Origin: Candidatus Scatomorpha merdavium
Lineage (GTDB): Bacteria > Bacillota > Clostridia > Oscillospirales > Oscillospiraceae
Direction: 5' to 3'
Length of the DNA stretch: 64,000 nt
Assembly: GCA_018711415.1 (NCBI GenBank)
Contig: DVIJ01000004.1
Span: 6,082 to 70,081, forward strand
The notes beneath the pieces were generated by a model. That model had not been told where the DNA came from and ran no database searches. It saw nothing but the letters and a program-made list of their open reading frames with translations. The position numbers and the translations under genes were made by a program. Below are positions 61,008 to 64,000 of the stretch, piece after piece. Numbering within the stretch: position 1 is the first letter of the stretch; each line of letters begins with the position of its first letter.

Positions 61008-62186
61008 TTGAATGACATCATACTGCTGAAACAGGGCGAGACCGTCCTGAAGGGCTTGAACAGACGCTACTTCGAGCAGAGGCTCGTTTCAAACATAAGG
61101 AAGAGGCTCAAACCCATGGGCGCTTTCCGCGTCTACTGCGTGCAGTCCACGGTCTATGTCGAGCCGGAGGACGGCTCTGCGGACATGGACGCCGCCTTTG
61201 AAGCGCTCTCCAGGACCTTCGGCGTAGTGGCGCTCTCCCGCGCCGCCGCCTGCGAGAAGGACGAGAACGCCATCGCAAAGCTCGCCATCGAATACCTTCG
61301 CGAGGACATGGAAAACGCCGCGAGCTTCAAGGTCGAGACGAAGCGCTCGGACAAGAGCTTCCACCTGACCAGCATCCAGCTCTCCCAGTACGTCGGCGGC
61401 CTGCTGGCCGAGGCATACCCGGAGACGAAGGTGGACGTCCGCCACCCGGAGCTCGTCGTGCACCTTGAGGTGCGCGACTACGCCGCCTACGTCCACGCGG
61501 CCCCGGCCCAGGGCGCCGGCGGACTGCCCGTCGGCTCGAACGGCAGGGCCGTCACCCTGCTCTCCGGCGGCATAGACAGCCCCGTCTCCACCTGGATGAT
61601 AACGCGGCGCGGAGTGCGCTGCATACCCGTCCACTTCTTCTCCTTCCCTTACACCTCCGAGGCCGCAAAGGAAAAGGTCGTGGAGCTCGCCCGGCTGCTG
61701 ACGCCCTGGTGTGGGCAGATGTGCCTCGAGGTCGTGCCCTTCACGCACATACAGGAGGAGATCCGCGCAAAATGCCCCGAGGAGTACTTTACACTCGTCA
61801 TGCGCAGGTTTATGATGCGTATAGCGGAGCGCATAGCCGAGCGCGGCGGCTGCAAGGCCATCGTCACCGGAGAGAATCTGGGCCAGGTCGCGAGCCAGAC
61901 CATGGAGGCCATGGCCTGCACCCAGGCTGTGACGAGCCTGCCCGTCCTCCAGCCGCTCATAGGCATGGACAAGGAGGACATCATCCGCATCTCCAGGAAG
62001 ATAGGCACCTTCGAGACCTCCATCCTCCCCTACGAGGACTGCTGCACCGTCTTTACCCCCCGGCACCCCAAGACAAAGCCGAAGATGGAGGACGTCGCCG
62101 CGGCGGAGGCCGCGCTGGACGTGGAGGGCCTCGTAGCCGAGGCGCTCGAAGGCATTGAAAGGATCTGGATAGACATTGAAGGCTGA
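61008..62186 (+). CDS. thiI: tRNA 4-thiouridine(8) synthase ThiI (no rhodanese domain)
   Basis: 392 aa. TTG start 7 nt after AGGGTG. THUMP region and PP-loop LLSGGIDSPV. Confidence 0.9.
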   Translation: MNDIILLKQGETVLKGLNRRYFEQRLVSNIRKRLKPMGAFRVYCVQSTVYVEPEDGSADMDAAFEALSRTFGVVALSRAAACEKDENAIAKLAIEYLREDMENAASFKVETKRSDKSFHLTSIQLSQYVGGLLAEAYPETKVDVRHPELVVHLEVRDYAAYVHAAPAQGAGGLPVGSNGRAVTLLSGGIDSPVSTWMITRRGVRCIPVHFFSFPYTSEAAKEKVVELARLLTPWCGQMCLEVVPFTHIQEEIRAKCPEEYFTLVMRRFMMRIAERIAERGGCKAIVTGENLGQVASQTMEAMACTQAVTSLPVLQPLIGMDKEDIIRISRKIGTFETSILPYEDCCTVFTPRHPKTKPKMEDVAAAEAALDVEGLVAEALEGIERIWIDIEG

Positions 62187-63441
62187 AATAATCTCCGTTG
62201 GAACGGAGCTGCTGCTCGGCAGCACAATAAATACGGACGCGGCGGACGTCGCGGTGCTGCTGTCGGAATACGGCATAGACGTATATTGGCAGACGGTCGT
62301 GGGAGACAACCCCGGCCGCGTGGAGGACGCGGTCCGGCGCGCGCGCGGCCGCGCCGAGCTCATCATAACCACAGGCGGGCTCGGCCCCACCTGCGACGAC
62401 CTCACGAAGTCCGCCCTGGCAGACGCCTTCGATATGCAGCTCGCGCTCGACCGCGAGGAGGAGGCCTGGCTGCGCGACATCTGGGCAAAGCGCGGCCACC
62501 AGGAGCTCACGCCCAACAACCTCCAGCAGGTCTGGCTGCCCGAGGGCTCCAGAGCCCTCCGGAACGACTGGGGGACCGCCCCCGGCTGCTACTTCGAGAA
62601 GGACGGCGTCCGGGTCATCATGCTGCCCGGCCCGCCGCGGGAGCTGCGCCCGCTGCTCGAATACCGGGTCCGGCCCATCCTGGCCGAGCTCTCGAACGCG
62701 GTCATCGCCTCGCACAACGTCCACTTTTTCGGCATAGGCGAGAGCGAGATGGAATATGAGCTGCGCGACTATATGCAGGAGCTCACGAACCCCACCCTCG
62801 CGCCCTACGCCAAGAGCGGGGAGTGCCTTGTCCGCGTGACCGCCAAGGCCGAGAGCCTTGAAAAGGCCGAGGAGATGATGGCCCCCGTCGTGGAGAAGGT
62901 CCGCGCCATGTTCGGAGACCTGGTCTACGCCGTGGACGGGCTGAACCTCGCGGAGCACACGGTGAAGCTGCTCATCGAAAAGGGCGTCAGCCTCGCCGCG
63001 GCGGAGAGCTGCACAGGCGGCGAACTGGAAAAGCGCATCACCGATATCCCCGGCGCCTCGGCAGCGCTCAAGGGCGGCGTGGTCGTGTATACGAACGAGG
63101 CAAAACACCTGCTGCTCGGCATCCCCATGGAGACTATTGATAAATACGGCGCCGTGAGCTTCGAGGTCGCGGCGGAACTGGCGGAGCGGGTCCGGCGCAA
63201 GCTGGGCGCGGACCTGGGCGTCGGCATAACGGGTCTCGCCGGCCCGGACGGGGACGGGGTCCACGAGGTCGGAACGGTCTTTCTCTCCCTCTCGGACGGA
63301 AAGAGGACCTGGGTCCGCGAAAAGCGCATCGTGAACCGCGACAGGTCCACCGTCCGGCTCTACGCCTGCCAGAACGTTTTTGATATGCTAAGGCGTTACC
63401 TCAGCGGTCTGCCCGTGGAACAGGAGAGGTCGGATATATGA
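62176..63441 (+). CDS. cinA: Competence/damage-inducible protein CinA (MoCF-binding + NMN amidohydrolase PncC domains)
   Basis: 421 aa. MKAEIISVGTELLLGSTINTD, ITTGGLGPTCDDLT, AAAESCTGGEL. Confidence 0.92.
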   Translation: MKAEIISVGTELLLGSTINTDAADVAVLLSEYGIDVYWQTVVGDNPGRVEDAVRRARGRAELIITTGGLGPTCDDLTKSALADAFDMQLALDREEEAWLRDIWAKRGHQELTPNNLQQVWLPEGSRALRNDWGTAPGCYFEKDGVRVIMLPGPPRELRPLLEYRVRPILAELSNAVIASHNVHFFGIGESEMEYELRDYMQELTNPTLAPYAKSGECLVRVTAKAESLEKAEEMMAPVVEKVRAMFGDLVYAVDGLNLAEHTVKLLIEKGVSLAAAESCTGGELEKRITDIPGASAALKGGVVVYTNEAKHLLLGIPMETIDKYGAVSFEVAAELAERVRRKLGADLGVGITGLAGPDGDGVHEVGTVFLSLSDGKRTWVREKRIVNRDRSTVRLYACQNVFDMLRRYLSGLPVEQERSDI

Positions 63442-64000
63442 AGCTCTATATGATAAGACACGGCGAGTCCGAGTGCAACCTCCAGCGTCGGCTCTACGGC
63501 CGGACGGACTGCGCGCTGACGGACAAGGGCTGCCGTCAGGCCCGCGAGTCCGGGGAAAAGCTCCGCGGCGTGGAGATAGCGCGCTGCATAGCGAGCCCGC
63601 TCATCCGCGCGGCGGAGACGGCGCGCCTCGCCTTTCCGGACAGGCGCGTCCCCATAGAGCTGGACGACAGGCTCGTGGAACAGTATATGGGCGACTTTGA
63701 GGACAAGCCCTTCGAGGATATGCTCCGGGAGCAGCCGGAGCTCGTGAACGCCATGCTGGCGGACTGGACACAGGTCGTGCCGCCCGGGGGCGAGAGCTTC
63801 GAGGAGCTGCGCGCCCGCGTGCAGTCGCTCCTGGACGAGCTGCGGGAGACGGACGTGGACACCGTCCTCGTAGCGCACAACGGCCCTCTCTCGACGGCGA
63901 TGATGCTGCTTTTGGAGATGCCGGGCTCTGCGGTGAACCGGCTCTGGTTCGAACAGGGCTGCTGGAGCTGCGTGGAGCTCAAGGGCGGCGCGGCCCGGCT
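63438..64000 (+). CDS. Histidine phosphatase (phosphoglycerate mutase superfamily) protein, 5' part; runs off the window
   Basis: Open-ended, so not in the track. ATG 63438 (ATGA overlap with the cinA stop). MKLYMIRHGESECNLQRRLYGRTDCALTDKG...SPLIRAAETA. Stop-free to 64000. Confidence 0.85.
   Translation, partial: MKLYMIRHGESECNLQRRLYGRTDCALTDKGCRQARESGEKLRGVEIARCIASPLIRAAETARLAFPDRRVPIELDDRLVEQYMGDFEDKPFEDMLREQPELVNAMLADWTQVVPPGGESFEELRARVQSLLDELRETDVDTVLVAHNGPLSTAMMLLLEMPGSAVNRLWFEQGCWSCVELKGGAAR

Overview
This is a GC-rich chromosomal segment (by eye about two-thirds G+C, not computed). Gene order is Firmicutes/Clostridia-type: ylxM-ffh-rpsP-khpA-rimM-trmD; L20 leader-infC-rpmI-rplT; DnaD plus a DnaC/DnaI-type loader; maf-mreC-mreD-pbp2; hisS-aspS. 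I call 60 protein genes (two run off the window edges), one tRNA-Ser(GGA), an L20-leader-type attenuator, 18 sigma-70-like promoters and about 14 terminators or hairpins. The content is almost entirely housekeeping: partial V-ATPase operon, ApgM-IspE, PpdK, SRP and ribosome maturation, envelope genes (Lgt, PBP2, MreCD), Pta, LepA, ThiI and CinA. There is also a nucleoside-salvage supercluster (tdk-udk, deoD, BMP lipoprotein, ABC importer, with deoC nearby). I saw no rRNA, CRISPR, transposase, integrase, phage or recognisable defence gene, so I do not find a self-contained novel system here. The most unusual items are: (1) a 2305-aa cyclic beta-1,2-glucan synthase-like giant with no exporter partner; (2) TrmD fused in frame to a GNAT acetyltransferase, with rplS missing; (3) a methylglyoxal-synthase-like protein in which the catalytic residues appear replaced; (4) a tandem-OB SSB-like protein lacking the acidic tail; (5) DUF2804 translationally coupled to the DnaD/DnaC-like replication genes; (6) an XRE-lepA-beta-CASP operon. 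Nearly every real gene carries long antisense ORFs in the track. These are high-GC artefacts and were rejected. All family calls come from reading the translations and from motif memory. No database search was run.
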